This document shows positions 10,430 through 20,880 of a stretch of 35,767 nt of DNA, in pieces. The translations under genes and the position numbers were made by a program. The notes under the pieces were generated by a model. The model was given only the letters and a program-made list of their open reading frames with translations, was not told where the DNA came from and searched no databases. The DNA is from Octopus bimaculoides. Its lineage: Eukaryota. How positions within the stretch are numbered: position 1 is the first letter of the stretch; each line of letters begins with the position of its first letter. Location: NCBI RefSeq assembly GCF_001194135.2, contig NC_068981.1:6707544-6743310 (forward strand). Direction: 5' to 3'.

Positions 10430-10800
10430 TTCCATCACCTCCGTGTCCAGTCTTCTCTCCTATCTTCTACTTCACTCACTTGACCCTCAACATTTCGACA
10501 GACCTGCTTCTTTCTACTCTTCCTTGCTCCACAACTTACTTCCTCCCACCTCGTACAACTTCCACGATTCACCCACCACCTCCTGCACAACATACAATCT
10601 CCCCCATACTAATCAGAGAATTACGCATCTATTTCCGTTTCCATCTCATCCGACATCTAGACCCTCCTCATTAAGCATTACTTCAGCAATTCTTTCATTT
10701 TTTCTTCCACAAAATTCGCAGCCTGGAGATATATGACGTTTATTTCTTTTCTTTCTCTCTGAAGAAGTACTAACATCCGAAACGTCAGACGTCTTTCTGA
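10430..10800 (+). mobile_element. Pyrimidine-rich putative Penelope-like terminal remnant ending in a minimal HHR motif
   Basis: C/T-skewed 300-nt tract followed by TCT-CTGAAGA-agtactaacatcc-GAAAC-GTC-AGA. Assignment to Penelope-like elements is inference from the HHR architecture. Confidence 0.45.
10756..10789 (+). ncRNA. Minimal type I hammerhead ribozyme motif (degenerate stem II)
   Basis: Stem I TCT/AGA (10756-58/10787-89), CUGAAGA 10759-65, GAAAC 10779-83, palindromic ACGU stem III, GUC triplet 10784-86. Stem II poorly paired. Confidence 0.5.
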
Positions 10801-11211
10801 CGTAAAACATAATCCATTGTTTGAACTACTTGTATCACTTATAGTTGACGCAGAACATCACGAGTTTCTTTCGATTCTTCTCTTCTAATGAAGGTTATTG
10901 TATTTTTGAACAATACTTTGAAGGTAGTCATGTAACAAGTGGCTATTCCATTAGCTTATTGTACCATCCTGTAAAGACCTTCCATTCTCATTAACAGACC
11001 ACTACTTTAAGTAATCTCAATATCTCAACATATGCCAATATCCTAATCTTAATCAAAACTTCCATTATACTTATTGATGGAGAAATCCTCTTAATCTAAT
11101 ATGATGACATTTCTGACGTGACAATCCTCAAATACATTTCTAATGCGGAGCTTAAGGATTTACACAAGTATATTTATATATGCATAAGGGTTTACACACA
11201 CACACACACGA

Positions 11212-11277
<66 letters not shown>

Positions 11278-11974
11278 NNNNNNNNNNNNNNNNNNNNNNN
11301 NNNNNNNNNNNNNNNNNNNNNNNNNNNNNNNNNNNNNNNNNNNNNNNNNNNNNNNNNNNNNNNNNNNNNNNNNNNNNNNNNNNNNNNNNNNNNNNNNNNN
11401 NNNNNNNNNNNNNNNNNNNNNNNNNNNNNNNNNNNNNNNNNNNNNNNNNNNNNNNNNNNNNNNNNNNNNNNNNNNNNNNNNNNNNNNNNNNNNNNNNNNN
11501 NNNNNNNNNNNNNNNNNNNNNNNNNNNNNNNNNNNNNNNNNNNNNNNNNNNNNNNNNNNNNNNNNNNNNNNNNNNNNNNNNNNNNNNNNNNNNNNNNNNN
11601 NNNNNNNNNNNNNNNNNNNNNNNNNNNNNNNNNNNNNNNNNNNNACATATATATACAGAGAGAGAAAGGGAAGGGTGAGAGAGAAGATAAAGAGGAGGAA
11701 GAGAAAAGTCGGTAGGAAGAGAAAGAGAAAAGGCAGCGAAATGTGTGAAGACACATTCAGCTTAATGAGAAATGTGGAAAGTACTTTTGTCACTATTACC
11801 AAGTTTAAATATGGCTTCCATTTGCTATCATTTTTAAAATGGAAGACTTGTTAATATCTGGTGCTTGTGTTAGTCATTGATTTCGATTTATTAGTGATAT
11901 CCATCAATGGTACTTTGTTCCTAGTGCTATAATGATGCGGATGAAGTGGCAGCCATACCTTTCCGAAATTATTC

Positions 11975-12270
11975 CATATTGTGTGGGAAGTAGTTTGTTT
12001 CGCAACTTAATGGCTCCTGGTTCACATCCACTGCTTGGTACCTTTTGCAAGTGTCTTGGGTCAATTGCCTTGGGTCAATCGAAGCCGTGTCAGTGGATCT
12101 GGTAAACAGAAACTGAAAGAAGTCCGTTGCATATATATATATATATATATATGCGTATGTGTGAATGTGCGTGTGTGTGTGTGTGTGTGAATGTGCGTGT
12201 CTGTGTTTGTCCTTCTCAATTAACTGCTTGACAACCGGTGCTGGTTTTTACGTTCCCGTTACTTAGTGGA
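11975..12270 (+). mobile_element. SINE family A, diverged, truncated shortly before gap 12284-12966
   Basis: GTACCTTTTGCAAGTGTCTT, AGAAACTGAAAGAAG, GCTTGACAACCGGTGCTGG, TTTACGTTCCCGTTAC. Confidence 0.8.
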
Positions 12271-13213
12271 AAAGTACAAGGCTNNNNNNNNNNNNNNNNN
12301 NNNNNNNNNNNNNNNNNNNNNNNNNNNNNNNNNNNNNNNNNNNNNNNNNNNNNNNNNNNNNNNNNNNNNNNNNNNNNNNNNNNNNNNNNNNNNNNNNNNN
12401 NNNNNNNNNNNNNNNNNNNNNNNNNNNNNNNNNNNNNNNNNNNNNNNNNNNNNNNNNNNNNNNNNNNNNNNNNNNNNNNNNNNNNNNNNNNNNNNNNNNN
12501 NNNNNNNNNNNNNNNNNNNNNNNNNNNNNNNNNNNNNNNNNNNNNNNNNNNNNNNNNNNNNNNNNNNNNNNNNNNNNNNNNNNNNNNNNNNNNNNNNNNN
12601 NNNNNNNNNNNNNNNNNNNNNNNNNNNNNNNNNNNNNNNNNNNNNNNNNNNNNNNNNNNNNNNNNNNNNNNNNNNNNNNNNNNNNNNNNNNNNNNNNNNN
12701 NNNNNNNNNNNNNNNNNNNNNNNNNNNNNNNNNNNNNNNNNNNNNNNNNNNNNNNNNNNNNNNNNNNNNNNNNNNNNNNNNNNNNNNNNNNNNNNNNNNN
12801 NNNNNNNNNNNNNNNNNNNNNNNNNNNNNNNNNNNNNNNNNNNNNNNNNNNNNNNNNNNNNNNNNNNNNNNNNNNNNNNNNNNNNNNNNNNNNNNNNNNN
12901 NNNNNNNNNNNNNNNNNNNNNNNNNNNNNNNNNNNNNNNNNNNNNNNNNNNNNNNNNNNNNNNNNNGAGCAATGAACTGAGATGCGCAGTATACACACAT
13001 TTAATACTTTTTTATTCTAAATAAAACAATGATCTTAAATATATATTCTTTTCAACTTTACGATGAAAGTAAACAAACAAAGTTTGCTCTTTTTTAGAAG
13101 CGTTGAGATGTATTGTAAGATACAGAAATAAATTTATTTCTCAAACACGTGATAATGCTATAAATAGCGAGATCAGGATAAATTATCCAAATAATGCAGA
13201 AAAATACGTTGCC

Positions 13214-13285
13214 GGCCAGCCATGAGACACAAACTCACATCTCTGTGATTACGCGTCAAGTGTTTTACCATTAAACTAAACTGTC
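13214..13285 (-). pseudogene. tRNA-Thr(CGT)-like cloverleaf, probably a pseudogene
   Basis: 72 nt with canonical spacing: GACAGTT-TA-GTTT-AATGGTA-AAAC-A-CTTGA-CGCGTAA-TCACA-GAGAT-GTGAG-TTTGTGT-CTCAT-GGCTGGC-C. Anticodon CGT at 13253-13251; T5 run ~9 nt downstream. G33, the T-loop and two anticodon-stem pairs are non-canonical. Confidence 0.6.
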
Positions 13286-14364
13286 CAGCAACGAATTAAA
13301 ACACTGTCCGGCGCGGTAACGAACCTGCCAGCTCACGGCCTTTTTCTGTTTGTAACGCTGAAATCATTTCATTGTTTTGTTTCTTTAATTCTTTATTTGA
13401 TAGTCTAACGCTGGTCTCTTAGCTCTGGTAAGTGTTGGATGTCTCTGAGATTTCAGCTTGTCTTTGATAAACTTATTCTTGCCTTTATCTACTTTGCCAC
13501 AAGTTTCAACAAAGTTGTGTTGAAGGCCATCGAAAAGATAACAGATCGTCATTGAAATTCTATGTTAGAGCTTTTCATTCTCCATTCGATCGAGAGAGGA
13601 ATTCAGTTGCAGTATCTTGTAAAAGCCCTCAGAAAATTCTGTCTGACAAGAATTTGGTAGGAATATGGATAGCGATAACGGTTTCAGTGAATATAGTGCC
13701 AAATTATTGGCGTTGTTCTGTATCCTTCCCAAGGCGAAGAAAACTTCTCTCTTTGAATTAGAATATCTACCACAAGATGCTTAACTGGCTGTAAATTGAC
13801 GAAAAATTTACACTTCTGCTGAGCTGAAATAGGAAAAAATATATTTGCCAAAAATTCTGAACTTATGGCAAGAATGGAATGACCATACTGTTATAGATTT
13901 TCTATAGAATTGCACAAATGACTGGGGAAAATGGTTTTACTGGGCGAAATTAGAATGAAATGAAAAAAAAAAACAAAAAACTAAGAGACCATATTCTAAT
14001 ATTTGTAGTTTTTACAAAACAATTGATACAAGTTGCTTCTGTTGCAAAACCAAATATTGTAAAAGCTAAAATTCTTTGAAATGGTTAAAAGACGAATAAT
14101 ATTCATTATCATAAACTTTAGCACGATGAAAATAAATGAAGAATTTAAATGCTATAATTCATGTATTCGAGTAATATATGATTTTATAATGGGGGATCTG
14201 GTGAAACGAGAAGCATTTTTTTTTAAATATAAGGATCATAATTTCCATATTTCAAGAAAGAAATCTCAGACAGATAGCATATATCATTATACTATAGAAG
14301 GAGTAAATTGCCTGCTCCACATTATTATTGTTGTTGTTGTTGTTATTATTATTATTATTATTGA

Positions 14365-14570
14365 GTGAGAGAACAGTGAATGCCATCAAAGTGACACTGG
14401 GGTACAAATATCTGATAAGGGTACACCAGGCACATGCATCACAACCATATGTGCATGACATGATGAGCTCACATCAAGATAAACAACTCATAACCTTGCA
14501 GGCGGGACCCAGTTAGAATTTTATTCAGGTTGAGTAGCACGCCCCGCTCAAAAAGTCCCTGAATAAGAAG
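14365..14570 (-). mobile_element. Retroposon fragment (SINE/RTE-associated) with (AAT)n/(AAC)n 3' tail at 14318-14363
   Basis: GC-richer segment ending abruptly in a simple trinucleotide tail on the minus strand; resembles a common octopus repeat from recall. Single copy in window. Confidence 0.45.
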
Positions 14571-16429
14571 GATGATGACGTCTGCGAACTCTTCCCTCAC
14601 GATTCTCCCAAGAATAGTTGGTGGGAGAAAGTGGTTAGATGGATAATTAATAAGTTAGTCTGGAGGAATGGGAGATGCACATGGTTTCTGTTGAACCACC
14701 ATGGTTGCCAAGGTCGATGTGGCTGATGTTCTTATTAAATAATAACAGGAAAACGTTGACCGAAAGGAAGTTCCAGCGGGCGATATTCTGTGGGAAAAGA
14801 ACCGAAATTATTGGTAAACTTTTAATTTTGAACGGTAGCCATTTAACAGTTGATGCGTTAGGAGGTTCCGTCCGTTAAACTGTTACTGGCAGACTTTATT
14901 CAGTTAACCAGAACAGCAATCATTCTGCATAATATTACCCACTGTTTTTTACCTCTTTCTCTACGTTTCATTTTCTCTCCCAGTCTAGTTCTCTCTTTTA
15001 TCAATTATGTTTTTAATTTAATTAGTTATGCAATGGTGACACTAAGCTAGTACATGCGAGATTTGATCGACTAACCACTTCGTTAACAACAATATCTCTG
15101 GTGAACTTTTATTTTAATTCGACAGCGCCCTATTCTCAAAGCTGGTTGCAATTTGATGCTACAACTACACGAACAATCGACACAAGAACATCCAAAGAGA
15201 AATTTATTGAATATATAATGTGAAGTAGAAATTTAAAACAAAATCTATTTCAAAATCATACAAGAGTCCCTATTAAGAATATTACACTATTAATCGATTT
15301 TAATGATTGGGAGCGTTACATCCAGCCTGACTGTGTTCAAAACGAAAATGTGCGTGTGGAAAGTGTTATTATCACTATGGATAATCATAAATAATAATTA
15401 ATGCATGGTAATATGTTTGTAGATCATATCGTCATTAAATGCTTGAAAATATTTTCTGAGCATATGATCCGATCGTTACTATGAATGTTGACTCATCCAA
15501 ACAGACCTTCCATTCTGCACAAAGTCACTTTGCAAATATTACAAAGAGGAGAGGATGTGGGTGATCACTGGAGCAAATCTGATTGCTACCATTGAGAAAG
15601 ATTAAAAGAGGGCATAAAATCGACCGGAGCCATTACAATGTTGTCTTTGTAATAAATGATAAAGTAGTTGGTTTTCCAATGTAAATTCAGCAAACTGTTT
15701 GAATATGAGATCCCTATATAATTGTTGCGGAGTGAAATGTCTAACTGAATCAATTCGAATAGTTGTGCAATAAGCATTGAAAATAGAGCTTTGCCGATCA
15801 GATCACAACGTGTGACATATCAAAGGAAAATATTACATTTGGTCAATGTAATCATAGCTATCACACGTAAACCTTGGTCTCTACTGAAATCACTGTCATT
15901 GAGCGTCAAATTCGATCGAGTAAATAAAGTGGCTTTCATACCAACTCTTCGATATATTATTTGCTTCTTATTTCTTTGGGCAGAATAACGAAATATACGA
16001 TGTACAATAATTTGGTTCACGCCTGATAAGTTCCATCTGCATTGTAAGCGAATTGTTACCATTCCTGTTGGACGGCAGGTTACAAACATTGGTCTACAAC
16101 CAACCAAAGGGTGCAAAATAGATTTCCTGGGGCTCTAGTGAAATTTATCAATTTAACTCTACACTTTCATTTTCTGAAACCGATTATTTACGATAAAAGA
16201 ATGGAACATTACGAAAACATCTAAAATATATGATATTTAATTATTAAACAGCTTATTAGTTTATTTTCTGACGCCTAATGAGTATTTCTCAAACAATCAT
16301 TAATGAACAAATTTAGAAAAGAAAAAAATATTGAATAAGGATTTGAACGTATTTTCCTATTTATCAAAGACAAGTGATCGGCTAATGTATTATTGATTAA
16401 TCTTCATTCTTCGATAACCCTTTCACTGA

Positions 16430-16470
16430 CATTTCCTCTCTCTCTCTCTCTACCCCTCTCTCTCTCTCTC

Positions 16471-16514
<44 letters not shown>

Positions 16515-16930
16515 NNNNNNNNNNNNNNNNNNNNNNNNNNNNNNNNNNNNNNNNNNNNNNNNNNNNNNNNNNNNNNNNNNNNNNNNNNNNNNNNNNNNNN
16601 NNNNNNNNNNNNNNNNNNNNNNNNNNNNNNNNNNNNNNNNNNNNNNNNNNNNNNNNNNNNNNNNNNNNNNNNNNNNNNNNNNNNNNNNNNNNNNNNNNNN
16701 NNNNNNNNNNNNNNNNNNNNNNNNNNNNNNNNNNNNNNNNNNNNNNNNNNNNNNNNNNNNNNNNNNNNNNNNNNNNNNNNNNNNNNNNNNNNNNNNNNNN
16801 NNNNNNNNNNNNNNNNNNNNNNNNNNNNNNNNNNNNNNNNNNNNNNNNNNNNNNNNNNNNNNNNNNNNNNNNCCTCTCTCTCTCTCTACCTCTCTCTCTC
16901 TCTACCTCTCTCTCTCTCTACCTCTGTCTC

Positions 16931-16987
<57 letters not shown>

Positions 16988-16998
16988 CATTATTATTA
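16430..16998. repeat. (CT)n and (ATT)n microsatellites around a gap (~16515-16871)
   Basis: Direct reading. Confidence 0.92.
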
Positions 16999-17114
16999 TT
17001 CCTTTTACTCAATGTTTTCTATTTCTTTTGATATAAGCCGCATGAGTGGCTCAGAGTGGAAATGTAATCAAACGCTCACGCTGATTACATAGTTAACATA
17101 GAAAACACATATAA

Positions 17115-17128
17115 GACACGCACACACA

Positions 17129-17181
<53 letters not shown>

Positions 17182-17272
17182 NNNNNNNNNNNNNNNNNNN
17201 NNNNNNNNNNNNNNNNNNNNNNNNNNNNNNNNNNNNNNNNNNNNNNNNNNNNNNNNNNNNNNNNNNNNNNNN

Positions 17273-17320
<48 letters not shown>

Positions 17321-17340
17321 GCATACATAAATGTATAAAT

Positions 17341-17381
<41 letters not shown>

Positions 17382-17429
17382 CGTACACGAACACATAAAC
17401 ACCCACGCATACATACATACACACATACA

Positions 17430-17460
<31 letters not shown>
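17115..17460. repeat. (CA)n, (TA)n and (CATA)n microsatellites around gap 17182-17272
   Basis: Direct reading. Confidence 0.92.
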
Positions 17461-19037
17461 GAACACAAGCAAATATAAACCACATTCGTTATTGATCTTG
17501 TATCGGAGATTGTTAGCGTCGGCAATTGAAGTTGTTTTCCCCGTTGTCGAATTTAATTTTCTCTTCCGCCATTTCTTGTCACACTGGCGCAGTACATGAA
17601 ACGCTTGCCTAAGCATTTACCGGTTTGAGTGCAGATGTGTTTGTTTGTATAGTTAAAAGTCAATTTTTAGTGGTTTTATTTCTATAAGAATTGCATTTAT
17701 TTTGTAACTTATAACCGAAATGCACTTATAACTAACCTTAACCTTAATTGTATTGATAAATATTTTCTTTTTATACATATTTCAAGGCGTGACTTTTCTG
17801 ATCAGTATTATGAAGTCAGTTTACAGTATCGCCCCAGGGGAGCTTTGATAATATAATATTTTATTTTCAGCTTTTGCTGGTTTCAGTTGATGTTGTATTA
17901 GTTATTGGATCAGTTCGATTCATATCAATTCCTCAAGGTACTTTGGTTGTGTGGAACAAAACAGTTCAGTGGATCTACACAATAGAATAATTGTAGGCAG
18001 ACATCTGTTTATTTATCTGCAAACTTTCATTTCTTATTCACTAAACATTTTGATATTTCGTTAGGCTTCCGGTTTTCAGATACAGACCAGCTTTAAAACA
18101 TGCTAGTTAATACTTAATAAAGTTATTTGTATTGGAATAGTTAAATATTACACTCAGCCTACTTCCTCAATTTAAAGAGTCACCAAGCATTTGTAGTATA
18201 AATTATTAAAACACAGGTGCTGTTTGATTACCAAAATAGGCAGGTTTGGCAGACAAAAATGATATAATAGAATGAAATGGTCGAAACTACTGGTAAAGTA
18301 TGTAACGATATGAAACAGCGAACGGTCAAAGACTCGGAAGGATCTGATTGAGCTCTGATTATAGATGGGAGAATCTAAAGACTATAAAACACTACTATTA
18401 AGAGCCGAGAGATACGCTTGGCTGTTTGTCTTCAATCTCCAGACTCTCAATGGTACATTGAATATTAGAAATTAAATATGGTAGCGTTTGTATAACATTT
18501 CTACTTGCCATTTACAGAAACAGACATGTAGACACACACACACACATACACACATTTATGTGTGTGTGTTGTAAAATTGATCAATTTGACTAATTTCTCG
18601 TCTTTTCCGCCGTTCATTAGGGAAAGAACATTCATTTTGTCAATCTGGAAGTTGTCAATTTCTGTCTAGAAACAGGAACAGGTTTAAATTGATCTCACTA
18701 ACTTGACTAAAAGTACATACCCAACAACATAGATTAATTGGTATAGATAATAATATTAGTGAGTGGAGAAGCTAGATAATCTTTTCTCAGATGAATGTCT
18801 AATAAGTCTAGAAACTAGTTACATGATGCCTTTTACCGTAAGGAAGCCACTATGCAGAGCTACTACAGAGAGGCTATTTTGTGTAGGTTAAAAAGTTGTA
18901 GTTTAATTGTTAAATTTTTGGAAACAGCATATGTAGTGTACTGTTAATTTACACACAGATAATAAAGCACTTAAAACATTTATATTTAAATGCATATGTC
19001 TGTGTGCATTGAATGAGTGTACATATGCATAAGTATG

Positions 19038-19096
<59 letters not shown>

Positions 19097-19149
19097 GTAT
19101 GTGTGTGTATGTTAGAATTGTAAGCAGGATGGTATACCTTTTAAAAATA

Positions 19150-19257
19150 GTTCATATTTTAATTAATTTCAACGCCTGTTTCATTAAGAATAACTATCAT
19201 TAACCAATAACACCTATTCCTAATTAAACAGGCTTTGAAAATAATTCAGTTATGAAC
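19150..19257. repeat. Imperfect fold-back, 43-bp arms (36/43 match), 22-nt loop; MITE-like
   Basis: GTTCATATTTTAATTAATTTCAACGCCTGTTTCATTAAGAATA versus the reverse complement of 19215-19257. Confidence 0.8.
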
Positions 19258-19474
19258 CATCAGTTAAATTTATGCTTTTATGCTTCTTTATTTTTAAATG
19301 TACATCGCTTTTAAGGATAACTTTCACCGATTATGTTTATTCGTGCAGGATTTTTCCATCTAGGTTTACAGTAATGTTACAACATGCTGTAGATTAATGC
19401 TATTAATTGAACTCTTAATTCCCTTGGATAAATCTTTTGATGTTTTATACATCATCTGTTTATATATATACATA

Positions 19475-19970
19475 CATATTCCACCAAACAGATAACAACA
19501 CCTTACGTGGGATGCTGTTGTTTCTCCTTTCCTTACCCACTGTCTTCGGCACTTGATATTTGTATAGAGAACCCATTTCTCGTCCCCAGTTATTATTCGG
19601 TCCTAAAAAGGTTCATTCATGAGACGTGACAGCGAAGAAGAGTACGAATTCCCTCTCTGCGCGCGATTAGACTGGGAAAGTTTGCGAGCAACACATTGAC
19701 CCAGTTTGCTAACTTTTCCGATGATACACAGGTATCAATGAATAGTTGAAGACCAAATTCAAGATTTTCTGCTGGTTCCTCAACAGTTACGATGAGATTT
19801 TGTTCCACCAGGGTTTACAGGACATCCTCGTCGAGCTCTACAGATCTTCCAGAACGAGGCTCGTTTTCAAGGCTGTAGTTTCCGGCTCGGAATTTCTGGA
19901 ACCACCGTTGACACTGGCTTACGCTTATTGTCCGATCCTCATATACTGCATTAATATTCCTCGCACTTTT
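19475..19970 (-). pseudogene. Mariner (DD34D-type) transposase relic
   Basis: Minus translation with stops/frameshifts: SARNINAVYEDRTISVSQCQRWFQKFRAGNYSLENEPRSGRSVELDEDVL*TLVEQNLIVTVEE / IGKVSKLGQCVARKL (WVPHEL-equivalent) / EPF*DRIITGDEKWVLYTN (first catalytic D) / KVLLSVWWNM. No TIRs visible. Confidence 0.92.
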
Positions 19971-20540
19971 CCTGATGATGGAGAAAAAGGGGTTTTCCTT
20001 TAGTCCTAACACCAATTGATATGTATGAATCTTTTTCGTTTATTTACCCGAATTCGGCGCGTAGTTATCGTGATAATTTTAAGGGAGCTTAGAGACATTC
20101 GTCTTCTTATAGCATGTGGCAAAATCAGTGTACTTACTCGCTTGCACTGATTATTAATTTATAAATTTATNNNNNNNNNNNNNNNNNNNNNNNNNNNNNN
20201 NNNNNNNNNNNNNNNNNNNNNNNNNNNNNNNNNNNNNNNNNNNNNNNNNNNNNNNNNNNNNNNNNNNNNNNNNNNNNNNNNNNNNNNNNNNNNNNNNNNN
20301 NNNNNNNNNNNNNNNNNNNNNNNNNNNNNNNNNNNNNNNNNNNNNNNNNNNNNNNNNNNNNNNNNNNNNNNNNNNNNNNNNNNNNNNNNNNNNNNNNNNN
20401 NNNNNNNNNNNNNNNNNNNNNNNNNNNNNNNNNNNNNNNNNNNNNNNNNNNNNNNNNNNNNNNNNNNNNNNNNNNNNNNNNNNNNNNNNNNNNNNNNNNN
20501 NNNNNNNNNNNNNNNNNNNNNNNNNTATATATATATATAT

Positions 20541-20880
20541 CGTGAAATATAATTGTCAACTAAATGAGGCGGTCCCATAGAAGACGATGCTACTGTTGTC
20601 TTTAGCCCCTGGAGGACATCTCCTCCAACTGGCTAACGACACACTGTCTGTGTCCGATTAGCATTTGCGAGGGGATATCATCGTTCCCAACTCTAGCCTT
20701 ACGTGATACACACAAACTCGGGGTTTCTGGGTAGTAACCTGTCATCAGTGTGAGGTAATCATGAGCTAGTATCGAAAACGCATTCCACACTGTGTGCTGT
20801 TCCCAATGACAAACTGTCGCTGGTCTTCTGAGATGAATGTGAGACCAGGTGCCGATGCAAGTACAGGTTTGCATATTTTT
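20541..20880 (-). mobile_element. Short ORF-less element carrying an HHR; 3' end abuts (TA)n at 20526-20540
   Basis: Second copy at 6990-7155; HHR at 20754-20709; conserved GGAGGA-CATC-TCCTCC hairpin at 20611-20626. Confidence 0.65.
20709..20754 (-). ncRNA. Type I hammerhead ribozyme motif
   Basis: Minus strand: CTCACA-CTGATGA(20748-42)-caGGTtactACCca-GAAAC(20727-23)-CCCGA-GTT(20717-15)-TGTGTG. Stem I CACA/TGTG; stem II 3 bp with two mismatched basal pairs. Confidence 0.6.

Noticed and set aside
15586-16116. Two same-frame minus ORFs (98 aa and 63 aa) separated by one stop
   Set aside because: No recognisable motif, no convincing splice signals, and the composition is not clearly coding; cannot be supported without a homology search.
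17871-17937. Candidate exon TTTTCAG|CTTTTG...CAAG|GTACTT
   Set aside because: The donor is weak and the peptide LLLVSVDVVLVIGSVRFISIPQ is not recognisable.
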